From positions 160,001 through 224,000 of the forward strand of contig JAQBYT010000002.1 of NCBI GenBank assembly GCA_027622665.1: a stretch of DNA of 64,000 nucleotides, read 5' to 3'. Shown one piece after another: positions 51,891-61,311 of this stretch (position 1 is its first letter; the number at the start of each line of letters is the position of its first letter). Position numbers and translations under genes: made by a program. The notes below the pieces were generated by a model, which saw nothing but the letters and a program-made list of their open reading frames with translations, was not told the origin of the DNA and made no database searches. Source of the stretch: Verrucomicrobiota bacterium. Lineage in GTDB: Bacteria > Verrucomicrobiota > Verrucomicrobiia > Opitutales > Seribacteraceae.

Positions 51891-54800
51891 AGTATTTTCT
51901 TTCATCTTTGTCTCTGGCTACCTGCCTCGTCTTGCAGACCTTGCTCCTTTTTCCCTCCGATCCGGTTCACGGCGTCGAGAAGGTCAAGTTCTCCCCGCAC
52001 ACCTTTACGCTTCCGGATGGTTTTGCCTTGAAGCAAGTGGCCGCGCCTCCCTTGGTGAAGCGTCCCATCCACATGTATTTCGACCTGGATGGATCGCTCT
52101 ACGTCACGGATAGCTCGGGGAACACGGACCCGGCCCCGAAACAACTCAAGAACCCGAGGCATCGTGTTTTGCGTTTGGTCGACCGGGACGGCGATGGTGT
52201 GTTCGACGACTCGACCGTCTTCGCCGACCGCTTGCCTTTTCCGGAAGGCATCCTCGTCCATGAAGGCTCCGTCTACGTGGGAGCTCCCCCCCACATTTGG
52301 AAACTACGCGATACCGATGGCGATCATGTTGCGGATGAGCGAACCGTCTGGTTCGACGGTGGGTCCATTGAAGGCTGTGGAAATGATCTTCACGGGCCTT
52401 ATCTAGGCCCTGACGGTTTTTTTTACTGGTGCAAGGGAGCCTTTGCACCGCAGAGTCACGTGCTTGGGAATGGGAGGACTTTTAACTCGAGGGCCGCTCA
52501 TATTTATCGCGCCAGACCCGATGGCAGCCAACTGGAAGTTGTTATCACCGGAGGGATGAACAACCCCGTCGGACTCACCTTCAGTGGATCAGGGGAACGT
52601 TTTCTCAGTGGTACCTTCTTTGATCTTTCCGGGCCAGGAAAACGCGATGGGATTCTTCATGCCGTCTACGGGGGAACGTATGGCAAGCGGAATGATCGCG
52701 TTCTTTCCCCGCACCCGAATTCGGGACGCTTGTTGCCCGTTCTTTCTCAAATGGGGCCCTCGGCTTCCTCGGGAATCGTGATGCCCAAAAGTAATGCGCT
52801 TGGAATGATGGGCGATTTGCTCTGTGCGGATTTCAACCTGCGACGTCTCTCCAGACACCGGCTGTCCCGAACAGGATCGACCTATTCCGCCGAGATGAGC
52901 GCCTTCCTTGAAAGTGACCAAAGCGACTTCCACCCTACCGACGTGATCGAAGATGCGGATGGCAGTCTTTTGGTGGCGGATACCGGAAGCTGGTACATGA
53001 TCTGTTGTCCGACCTCCAAGGTCGCCAAGCCCGATGTCCTTGGATCAATCTATCGGGTTCAAAGGAAGAATGCCCCTTCTCCCAAAGATCCCCGCGGCTT
53101 GGAACTTGATTGGACGAAGCCCCAAGTCGATTGGCTGTCCGATGAGCGACCTGCCGTGGTCAAGCGGGCCATCGAGACTCTTGCCAAGGTGAGCAACATC
53201 GATCAATTGATTGGAGCCAAGGCCCGTATTCCTGCTCTCTGGACGCTTCACGGAATTTCAGGAAAGGATGCCCGCGCTGCAGTTCGTAATTTTCTCAGGG
53301 ACGAAAAAGTCGATGCCCAGATGGCTGCGGTTCATAGTGCGGGGCTTTGGCGTGATCCGGAGGCGGTGATGCCGCTGGTCGAGCTCCTTGCCTCCGATGA
53401 TGCTTCGCTGCGACGATTGGCTGCCATGGCCTTGGGCAGGATAGGGGACCGTCGGGCGGTGAAACCTTTGCTCGCTGCAGGCTTGGTCAAAACAGATCCT
53501 TTTCTGAAGCATGCCATCACCTATGCCCTGTATGAGATCGGGGATGAGAAAGGTCTTCCCGCCGATCATCCCATGATCAAGCAGGTTGGGCTCATGCACA
53601 AGATCGACAAGCGTAGCCCGTCGAAGTACGTCATGCCCGAGATCCAATTGGCTGATGCCGTGAAACCGGATCCGGACAAGGAGGCCCGCCAAGGCAACCG
53701 CCTCGATCAGCTTGCCGGGTTTTTGCCCAAGGGAAATCCCGTTCGCGGGGAGAAACTCTTTCACGACGCGACCAAGTCCTTGTGCATCACCTGCCACGTC
53801 AAAGGGGACAAGGGAGTGGATTTTGGACCGGACCTTACCAGGATCGGGGCCATTCGCAGTGAACGTGACTTGCTCGAGGCAATTGTGTACCCCAGTTCCA
53901 CTATCGCTCGCTACTACGAGCTCTTGATCGTGCAGAAAAAACAAGGCGAAGCGGCGGGTTTGCTGCGTCGGGACTCCGTCGACGAAATCGTCCTCGGTCC
54001 GGCTCCGGGAGTGGAGCAATCCATCCCCATGAAAGAAATCAATGGAGCCAAGTATTCCAACGTTTCCCTGATGCCCGAGGTTTTTGACAACCTCTTGAAA
54101 CCCGAGCAAATAGCCGACCTAGTGGCCTATCTTAAAGAGGCGAAGGGGCCGGTTGCGTCATTCCCTACCGAGGATATTCCCTCCCATCATGCGATCAACC
54201 TGCCTGGTCTGCACGCTTATGCCCAAAAGAGCATTGCCGCGGGCGAGGAGATTGAGTTTCGGGTGAGCAGTACCGTCCCTTATGACTTGTCCGTAGTTAA
54301 GTTGGGTGCAGATCCGGAGAATCGTGACAAGGATCCGGTCCTGCAGTCCTTTCAGGTTGAACAACCGCAGGCCCAGCCGATTCATCCGGGATCGTACCTG
54401 CACGTGGCCAAGTCGCTGCCGGTCGAGAGACGTCTGTCGCAGTTGAGCCTAGAGTGCTGGATTCGCCCGTTCAAGTTTGGACAATCACAGAAACAGTCTT
54501 TTCATTCAGGTTCCTACCTGCGCGTGGCCAAGGCGCTACCGGTCGAGAGACGTCTGTCGCAGTTGACCTTGGAGTGCTGGATACGCCCGTTTAGGTTGTC
54601 CGGTTGGCAGGGGTTGATCACCCAGCACGATTATCCGAAGCGATGTGGCGTTGGGTTGTTCCTTAGCGAAGGGACCATCGTTTTTGGCACCGGGGGCGGA
54701 GGTGGTTATGATGCGACCACCTTTCAGCAAACCAAGTCTGGACTGATCAAGGCCCAGCAATGGCATCATTTGGTTGGTAGTTGGGACGGAAGGAAAAAAA

Positions 54801-57154
54801 GAGTCTTTGTTGATGGCCAACTCGCGGCTGAAATCCCATTTGCCGGAATGGTGCGACCCGGTGCGACCGACCTCCGTGTCGGCGCCTATGCTCAAGAGGG
54901 AGAATCGGTTAACTTCTTCAACGGCGATGTCGCAATGTGCGCCATCTATGATCGGGCCCTAAGTGAGGATCAGATAAAGAAACGCTTTGCCGATCGCGGC
55001 TTGACGACACCGAAGGGGGATCGCCTGCTGGCCTGCTGGCCGTTCACCGAAGAACGAGGCGTAAAGGTTGCCGACGTAAGTGAATTTGGGCGGGATGCGC
55101 GGATTATCAACCGAGGAACCTGGATGATCGGGGGACCGAGTTTTAACGCCAATGCGTCCAAGCGAAACGACCCGGGACATGATCCGGTTAAGGGAGAGAA
55201 ACGTGGTCACGGGCTTCGTCTTGCTGCCGACAAAATCTACAATATACCCCGTTGGACAGGCTTGGTCACCCAGCACGATTATCCTGAGCGATGTGGTGTG
55301 GGTTTGTTCCTGAGTGAGGATAGAATCATTTTTGGCACAGGAGGGGGAGGTCCCTACGATGCGTCCGCCTTCCAGCAAACCAAGCCCGGATTAATCAAGA
55401 CTCAACGTTGGCACCATTTGGTTGGCAGCTGGGACGGGAAGAAAAAGCGCATCTACATCGATGGCAAATTGGCGGGCGAGGCTGCCTTTGCCGATACCGT
55501 GCGCCCCGGCAAAACCGCTCTGCGCATCGGGGCCTATGGGCAAGAAGGAGAGGCAGTGAACTTCTATAACGGCGATATCGCGATGTGCGCCATCTATGAT
55601 CGGGCCCTAAGTGAGGATCAAGTAAAGAAACGCTTTTCCGATCGCGGCTTGAACGTTCCCAATGATGACCGTTTGCTGGCCTGCTGGCCGTTCACCGAGG
55701 AACGGGGTAAGCAAGTTGCTGATGCGAGCGATTTCGGGCGGGATGGCCGGATCATCAACCGTGGGACCTGGATGATCGGGGGGCCGAGCTTTGATGGCTC
55801 CGCCATCAACCGTCAGGACTCGGAATACGACCCGGTCAAGGATGAGAAACGAGGTCATGGGCTCCGCTTGGCTACCGATGAAATATACAATGCCCGCTGG
55901 AAGGTGAGCCACCGGTTCCGTGTTCCTGCCGATGCCAAGTCAGGAGTCTACGCGGGGCGGTTCGATTTTAAGTTGAAGGGCAAGTCGATGAGATATCACA
56001 CCTCGTTCATCGTGAGGCGTCCAGAGTACAAGCCGAAGGCTCCGCTTTTGGTGCTCGTTTCCTCCAATACCTGGCTGGCTTACAACTCGGTTCCGTTTCC
56101 CGTCAATCACGGCAAGGGCTTGGTCAATATGGGTACGGGTGGATTGGCCAACAGCCACCCCGGAGCTCCCAAGTACAGTTTCTACAGTGACCACCGCAAT
56201 GGGCAACCGACCTACAAGGTCGGACTGAAAGTGCCTTGGCCTGCGGGCGGTCCCAACAAGACCTATATCGGCGGCGGATACAGTCATCTGCTCCGCGGCG
56301 AGCGCTTCTTGCATCTTTGGCTGGACAAGCATAGGTACGAGTACGATGTGATAACCGATCGGGATCTGGATCGTAATCCGGAAATATTGAAAGGATACAA
56401 GGCGGTTTTGGTGAACGGGCATAGCGAGTATTGGTCGGCACGGGCCTACGACGGACTGGACGATTACCTCAACGCTGGCGGAGCGGCCGTGGTCATGTCA
56501 GGTAACACCATGTTTTGGAGAGTAAGCTTCGATGAGACCGGCGAGGTCATGGAGTGCCGCAAATTCGGGGGAGGAATCGGCGGAAGAAGATTGGCCAAGG
56601 TGGGCGAGCTCTATCACAGCCATGACTTCAAGCGAGGCAGCCTGATGCGCTTTTGCGGATACCCGGCCTGGAAACTGGTCGGTTTGGAATGCATCGGGTG
56701 GGGCGGAGGGAATTTCGCGAACTATCAAGTCGACGTTCCGGATCATTTCTTGTTTGCCCAGCCTCACAAGACCGGACTGAAAAAGGGAGATCCCTTCGGG
56801 TTCACCAAAGGCAAAACGGGCGCGGTCGGACACGAATACGATGTGCGTCTGTCGACTTTGTTACGGGCGACCAAGCACCCTGCGCTTAAGGGGCTGGTCG
56901 AACCGGAGGGGATCGTCACAATCGCTAGTAGTCAGAGTAATCGCAACATCCTTGATTTCAATGCCGTAGCTCACAGCAAGAGGGTGGGGGACGAGCAGAC
57001 GATTGCGGAGATCATTTATTGGGAGCGACCTCAGGGGGGGCGCGTTTTTCACACGGGCTCCATCGCTACCGCATGGGCCATGTATTACGACGAACCCCTG
57101 AGCAACCTGGTCCGTAACGTCCTTCATCACTTCAAGGTGAAGCCGAAGAAATAA
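51887..57154 (+). CDS. PVC-type heme-binding CxxCH protein (propeller-HEAT-cytochrome c) fused to duplicated LamG domains and an N,N-dimethylformamidase large-subunit-like domain
   Basis: LPDGF..VAAPPLV..P, DRDGDG, LHGPYLGPDG, HEAT repeats, RGEKLF..CITCH..GPDL..SLMP. Then NTWLAYN, GHSEYWS, SGNTMFWRV, GHEYD, GGRVFHTGSI. Confidence 0.85.
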   Translation: MKYFLSSLSLATCLVLQTLLLFPSDPVHGVEKVKFSPHTFTLPDGFALKQVAAPPLVKRPIHMYFDLDGSLYVTDSSGNTDPAPKQLKNPRHRVLRLVDRDGDGVFDDSTVFADRLPFPEGILVHEGSVYVGAPPHIWKLRDTDGDHVADERTVWFDGGSIEGCGNDLHGPYLGPDGFFYWCKGAFAPQSHVLGNGRTFNSRAAHIYRARPDGSQLEVVITGGMNNPVGLTFSGSGERFLSGTFFDLSGPGKRDGILHAVYGGTYGKRNDRVLSPHPNSGRLLPVLSQMGPSASSGIVMPKSNALGMMGDLLCADFNLRRLSRHRLSRTGSTYSAEMSAFLESDQSDFHPTDVIEDADGSLLVADTGSWYMICCPTSKVAKPDVLGSIYRVQRKNAPSPKDPRGLELDWTKPQVDWLSDERPAVVKRAIETLAKVSNIDQLIGAKARIPALWTLHGISGKDARAAVRNFLRDEKVDAQMAAVHSAGLWRDPEAVMPLVELLASDDASLRRLAAMALGRIGDRRAVKPLLAAGLVKTDPFLKHAITYALYEIGDEKGLPADHPMIKQVGLMHKIDKRSPSKYVMPEIQLADAVKPDPDKEARQGNRLDQLAGFLPKGNPVRGEKLFHDATKSLCITCHVKGDKGVDFGPDLTRIGAIRSERDLLEAIVYPSSTIARYYELLIVQKKQGEAAGLLRRDSVDEIVLGPAPGVEQSIPMKEINGAKYSNVSLMPEVFDNLLKPEQIADLVAYLKEAKGPVASFPTEDIPSHHAINLPGLHAYAQKSIAAGEEIEFRVSSTVPYDLSVVKLGADPENRDKDPVLQSFQVEQPQAQPIHPGSYLHVAKSLPVERRLSQLSLECWIRPFKFGQSQKQSFHSGSYLRVAKALPVERRLSQLTLECWIRPFRLSGWQGLITQHDYPKRCGVGLFLSEGTIVFGTGGGGGYDATTFQQTKSGLIKAQQWHHLVGSWDGRKKRVFVDGQLAAEIPFAGMVRPGATDLRVGAYAQEGESVNFFNGDVAMCAIYDRALSEDQIKKRFADRGLTTPKGDRLLACWPFTEERGVKVADVSEFGRDARIINRGTWMIGGPSFNANASKRNDPGHDPVKGEKRGHGLRLAADKIYNIPRWTGLVTQHDYPERCGVGLFLSEDRIIFGTGGGGPYDASAFQQTKPGLIKTQRWHHLVGSWDGKKKRIYIDGKLAGEAAFADTVRPGKTALRIGAYGQEGEAVNFYNGDIAMCAIYDRALSEDQVKKRFSDRGLNVPNDDRLLACWPFTEERGKQVADASDFGRDGRIINRGTWMIGGPSFDGSAINRQDSEYDPVKDEKRGHGLRLATDEIYNARWKVSHRFRVPADAKSGVYAGRFDFKLKGKSMRYHTSFIVRRPEYKPKAPLLVLVSSNTWLAYNSVPFPVNHGKGLVNMGTGGLANSHPGAPKYSFYSDHRNGQPTYKVGLKVPWPAGGPNKTYIGGGYSHLLRGERFLHLWLDKHRYEYDVITDRDLDRNPEILKGYKAVLVNGHSEYWSARAYDGLDDYLNAGGAAVVMSGNTMFWRVSFDETGEVMECRKFGGGIGGRRLAKVGELYHSHDFKRGSLMRFCGYPAWKLVGLECIGWGGGNFANYQVDVPDHFLFAQPHKTGLKKGDPFGFTKGKTGAVGHEYDVRLSTLLRATKHPALKGLVEPEGIVTIASSQSNRNILDFNAVAHSKRVGDEQTIAEIIYWERPQGGRVFHTGSIATAWAMYYDEPLSNLVRNVLHHFKVKPKK
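54383..54595 (+). repeat. Intragenic direct repeat A/A' (~93 bp, period 120 bp)
   Basis: HPGSYLHVAKSLPVERRLSQLSLECWIRPF versus HSGSYLRVAKALPVERRLSQLTLECWIRPF. Confidence 0.9.
54605..55890 (+). repeat. Intragenic direct repeat B/B' (period 648 bp)
   Basis: WQGLITQHDYP...GHGLRLAADKIYN versus WTGLVTQHDYP...GHGLRLATDEIYN. Confidence 0.9.
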
Positions 57155-57206
57155 CCCTGACTTCTCCTCGAGTTTTTCTCGGCTCGAGCGTTCGGTATTG
57201 CGCGGC

Positions 57207-59756
57207 CTACTTGCTCAAGAAGATCTTGCTTTGCACGACCAAGTGAACCAGATCGCGCAGACGGTTTCCGTCCTTTTTCAATTTGGACGTGATTTGGTCG
57301 ATTTCACCGCGGTCGCCGGCTTCGAGCAGGCGACCGGTTGCATAGGTCAGCATCTTTTCAGTCAGGCAGTGGGCGACTTGTGATTCGCGCTCCAGCAGCA
57401 TGGTTTTGAACTCGACGAGGTCCTTGACTTCGCGACCGTTCGCCAGCACCGCTAAGGTATCGATCGGAGGTGCATGCTTGGCTTTCTTGTCCACCTTCGG
57501 GTAGTTGTCACGCCAACGCCCGATTGGGTCGAAGCTCTCTAGTGCGTATCCCATGGGGTCGATCTTCTGGTGACAACTCCTGCACGATTCCTGGTTGCGG
57601 TGGGCCGCGAGTTGCTCTTTGAGGGTTTTCATTCCGCGCAGGTCGGGCGAAAGCGGTTCCACGTCGGGTGGTGGTTGAGGCGGTGGGGTGCCGAGAATGT
57701 TTTCGAGGACGTATACGCCGCGGACGATCGGTGAGGTGTCCACCCCATTCGCCGTTACGGTCATGACCGCAGGCATGGTCAGTAACCCACCCCGTCGCGT
57801 GTCCTCCAACTTCACTTTCCGCAAGTGCTCGCCCACCACCTTCTGTTTGTAGATCAGTTCGCCGAGCATCTTGTTCATGAAAGTGTAATCCGAATCAATG
57901 AAGTTGCGGATCGGACCATTGGTTTCCAAGAGGTCGCTGAAAAACGCATCGACCTGCGGGACCAAGTAGTCCTTCACCCGGAAGTAATGCCCGAAGGGAC
58001 CTCTTTTATCCGGTTCCATGCGCCCGAGTTCGTGGAGCTTCAGCCAACGTTCGGGAAAATGGCGACCAAACGCGGCCGCTTTCGGGTCTTTCAACATCCT
58101 CTCGGTCTGACGGCTCAACTCTGCGGGATTCGACAATTTGCCTAAGCGGGCGAGCTTCATGAGTGCTTCATCGGGCATTGACGACCAGAGGAAGTAGCTT
58201 AAGCGCGAAGCGAGGGCGAAGTCGTTGAGCGCCCCTTGATTCTGCCGGAGGTATACGAAGTCGGGCGAACAGAGAATGGCGGAGTATGCTCCTTTCATCG
58301 CTTCCTGTTTCGAATTGCCATCCGTTATCAGTTGTTCCGCCAAGTCGACGAAGGTATCCATTTCCTCGGGTACGACCGGTCGCCGGTAGGCCCGCTCGGC
58401 GAAGGCGTGGAAGAGCTTTTTCAGGTCCGCCTCTTCGATCGGACCCGTTCCGTACAGGGCGGTGTGGCTTTTGGGGGGCCACTCTTGGGGCATGGCTTCG
58501 ATACGGTAGCTGTGTACGCGCAGAGTCGGTCCGAGATAGCCTTTCTTGAACAGTACTGCAGCGACCTCTTTCTTGAATCCTTTCTGCTTGCGGTCAATCT
58601 TCTCGTATTCTTTCGGATACCATTGTTCGAGCAGGACGTGCCAGGCGTTGTGCCGGAACCAGGGACCGTTCTCCCAACCGATCCAGGTACTCCATGGGTT
58701 GTCTATCCAGGTCTCGAAGGAGAAGGTCCGCTTCTTGCCATCGCCGGGTAGAGTCCAATGTTTGATGCGGTCGTGACGCGGCCCGCGCTTGTGCTCATTG
58801 CGCTGCAGGTAGAGACCGATCTCGAATGGTTCTTCAAGACTCTCGCGGCCCTGATGAATGAGACCTCCCTCGCGCACCGTCCAGTCGCCCCATGCGTCCG
58901 GTTTCGGGTTGTGGGCGGAGATCTCTACGGTGATCCTGTAGTTGGCCGGCCGGCGCATCCCGCCGACGTGCTTGTCCGGTCCGATCCGGTTGTAGCGGTC
59001 CCAGCGCTGAAACACCTCGTCGTAGGTTTCGTTCTTGTCCCGCTGATATTTGCCGAGGCTCCCGTCGTGCAGCGTCGTGGTGCAAATAGGAGCGGTGAAA
59101 GTCTCCGCCTCGAAAAGTTTCTGCGGTTCGTTGCGTGTGACCATGTCGATGACTTCTTCGCCAGCCCTAATCAGCATCTTCAGTAGGAAGTCCGACATAA
59201 CCAGTTGCTGGCCGATGTTGTCGAAACCCTCCGCCTCCTCATCGTCTTGAAAACTCCGGGTTGGCTCGATCGTCTTTTGGGCAGTGATGCCGTTACCGTT
59301 GAAGTCATAGAGTCCGGATACCACGGTGGGATCGAAATCGGGATGTTTGACGTGGAACAGGTCACGCAGCGTGTTGCGCAGTTCGAATTTGTTCAGTCGC
59401 CTAATGACCGCTTGGCCTCCCGTGCTCTTGCGGGCCGCGTAGGCCTGCAGCAACACTGGCGAAAGACCCTTGATCACCTTGGCGCTTTCCTCGAAGGGCG
59501 GCTGGGGCTGCTTCTTCGGTGGCATTTCGCCGAGGTTGAGTTGATCGAGAATTCCTTGCCAGGTTTCGAGCGTCTGGAGTTCGGAAAGATCGGTACCGAG
59601 CGTGTCGAAGCGAAACTCGCCCTTTTGTTTCTTGGAACCGTGACACTCGAAGCAGTGTGCCTTGAGAAAAGGTCTGTGGGCTTCCAGCTTCGGGTCTGCC
59701 TTGCACAAGGATACAAAGCCCAAAAGAATCGCAAACCGGAGAACTTGTATTTTCAC
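57207..59756 (-). CDS. DUF1587/1592/1595/1588/1585 protein with N-terminal cytochrome c domain
   Basis: CFECH, RRLNKFELRNTLRDL, LASRLSYFLWSSMPD, TSPIVRG, CRSCHQKIDPMG..FDPIGRWR. Confidence 0.9.
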   Translation of the reverse strand: MKIQVLRFAILLGFVSLCKADPKLEAHRPFLKAHCFECHGSKKQKGEFRFDTLGTDLSELQTLETWQGILDQLNLGEMPPKKQPQPPFEESAKVIKGLSPVLLQAYAARKSTGGQAVIRRLNKFELRNTLRDLFHVKHPDFDPTVVSGLYDFNGNGITAQKTIEPTRSFQDDEEAEGFDNIGQQLVMSDFLLKMLIRAGEEVIDMVTRNEPQKLFEAETFTAPICTTTLHDGSLGKYQRDKNETYDEVFQRWDRYNRIGPDKHVGGMRRPANYRITVEISAHNPKPDAWGDWTVREGGLIHQGRESLEEPFEIGLYLQRNEHKRGPRHDRIKHWTLPGDGKKRTFSFETWIDNPWSTWIGWENGPWFRHNAWHVLLEQWYPKEYEKIDRKQKGFKKEVAAVLFKKGYLGPTLRVHSYRIEAMPQEWPPKSHTALYGTGPIEEADLKKLFHAFAERAYRRPVVPEEMDTFVDLAEQLITDGNSKQEAMKGAYSAILCSPDFVYLRQNQGALNDFALASRLSYFLWSSMPDEALMKLARLGKLSNPAELSRQTERMLKDPKAAAFGRHFPERWLKLHELGRMEPDKRGPFGHYFRVKDYLVPQVDAFFSDLLETNGPIRNFIDSDYTFMNKMLGELIYKQKVVGEHLRKVKLEDTRRGGLLTMPAVMTVTANGVDTSPIVRGVYVLENILGTPPPQPPPDVEPLSPDLRGMKTLKEQLAAHRNQESCRSCHQKIDPMGYALESFDPIGRWRDNYPKVDKKAKHAPPIDTLAVLANGREVKDLVEFKTMLLERESQVAHCLTEKMLTYATGRLLEAGDRGEIDQITSKLKKDGNRLRDLVHLVVQSKIFLSK

Positions 59757-59801
59757 AATTCCCTTTTCTCTTCGGCGACCTTGTTTTGTAACGCGATCAG
59801 C

Positions 59802-61064
59802 CTAGGCGGATTTCCACTCCAGTCCCGCTAGTGTTCCCGTGCTCGTTCCGAACCGGTCCACCTCCAGGCCAAAGTTTTGCAGCATGGATAAGAGCAGGTT
59901 GCACGCCTTCACCCGCTCGAATTTCCCATCGGGCAAAACGACGTGCTCGCCTAGCTTGAATCCGCCGCCCACGAGGACGAGTGGCATGTTCTTGCAGGAA
60001 TGGGTTCCTGTCGCCATGCCGCAGCCATACAAGATCATGGTGTGGTCAAACAGCGTACCTCCGTTGATCGGGTCTTCCTTCGCCTTCAACAGATCGATGA
60101 GGTAGGCCATCTGGGCGATTTGGTTCCTCTCGATCTTCTTTAATGCGTCGGTATGGTCTGGCCGCTCTCCATGATGGGAGAAGCCGTGATAGCCACCCTG
60201 CAGGCCGAAGTCGCCATTGGTAAATCCGCTGGAGAGCGTCATGATGCGGGTGGAATCGGTTTCGATTGCGAGTGTCATCAACTCCATCATGATCTTCATT
60301 TCATCCGCGGTCTGCGGTTGGGGGAGCGGCTCCTCCATCTCGACCTTCGGCTTCGGGCGGTCGAGCCACGGCTCCTGCAAATCGATCTTCTTTTCCAGGC
60401 TGCGCACGGAATCCAGATATTCGGCGAACTTCTGCTGATCCTGTTTTCCCAGTTCCCCGCTTACCGCCTTGGCTTTGTCGAGCACTGAGTCCAAGATGCT
60501 GCCGTGTCGCTTCAGGCGCAGTCGCTCTTGTTCCCTCGCATCGGGGGAGTCCTCCAGAAATAGCTTGCGATACATGGCCGTGACGTCGATCGAGGGCACT
60601 TGCACGCCCGCGCGATTGAAACTGGTCTGGTTGTTTTCCTTTACTTTCAGGGTCATCGACGGATAACGGGTAGCCGCGCCGACGAATTCTGCCGCCTTCT
60701 GATCCATGCTGATGTTTCCCTCGGGAAAGCTCGAAGACATGTCCGGACGGATTCCATTTAGAAAAGTCGGTACGCAAGCATGTCCTCCGGTCAGGCCGTG
60801 ATCGAGGTTGGAGAACACGGTGAAATCCTTGCGATGCTTGGTCAGTGGTTGCAGCGTGGGCGAGAGCTCGTAGTCGGTTCCACCTGCGGTCGGAAAAAAT
60901 GCCTTCTGGTATACCCCGTAGTTATTCGACAGGCAGACCATGCGCTTGACGGCTTTTCCCCCATTGGTCGCATCGGCGACTGCAGTGAGTGATTCCATCA
61001 TCGGGAGGGCAATCGCAACTCCGCCAGCACGGAGGAAACTTCTTCTGTTCAATGATGTTCTCAT
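59802..61064 (-). CDS. DUF1552 family protein
   Basis: Tat-like NRRSFLR..IALP.MESL, ISMDQ, YHGFSHH, GGTLFDHTMILYGCGM..H..NMPLVLVGG, FGTSTG. Confidence 0.92.
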   Translation of the reverse strand: MRTSLNRRSFLRAGGVAIALPMMESLTAVADATNGGKAVKRMVCLSNNYGVYQKAFFPTAGGTDYELSPTLQPLTKHRKDFTVFSNLDHGLTGGHACVPTFLNGIRPDMSSSFPEGNISMDQKAAEFVGAATRYPSMTLKVKENNQTSFNRAGVQVPSIDVTAMYRKLFLEDSPDAREQERLRLKRHGSILDSVLDKAKAVSGELGKQDQQKFAEYLDSVRSLEKKIDLQEPWLDRPKPKVEMEEPLPQPQTADEMKIMMELMTLAIETDSTRIMTLSSGFTNGDFGLQGGYHGFSHHGERPDHTDALKKIERNQIAQMAYLIDLLKAKEDPINGGTLFDHTMILYGCGMATGTHSCKNMPLVLVGGGFKLGEHVVLPDGKFERVKACNLLLSMLQNFGLEVDRFGTSTGTLAGLEWKSA

Positions 61065-61311
61065 GAGAATATTCTTCTACTGTTTTACATGGTTAGGAGT
61101 CTCGACTGTATCATAGGAAAATTAGCATGTCTAACACAAAACATAGGAAACCTACCATTTTTGGGCATGACACCCGTTACCTCTCTTCACTTCATTGCAA
61201 ATACCGAAGGAAGCATGGGTTAATATTATCGACCATGGTTGAATCGGTGGCCAATATTTCTCTTCCTGGCAAAAGCTGGGATAGCTTTTTGTTTTTCATG
61301 CCCATTCAGTT

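Noticed and set aside
54383..55890. DGR template/variable repeat pair or CRISPR-like repeats
   Set aside because: The differences are not adenine-specific, and the repeats are in-frame protein-domain duplications.
57167..57188. Intrinsic terminator between convergent genes
   Set aside because: Only a 6-bp CTCGAG stem with a 10-nt loop and no U-tract.
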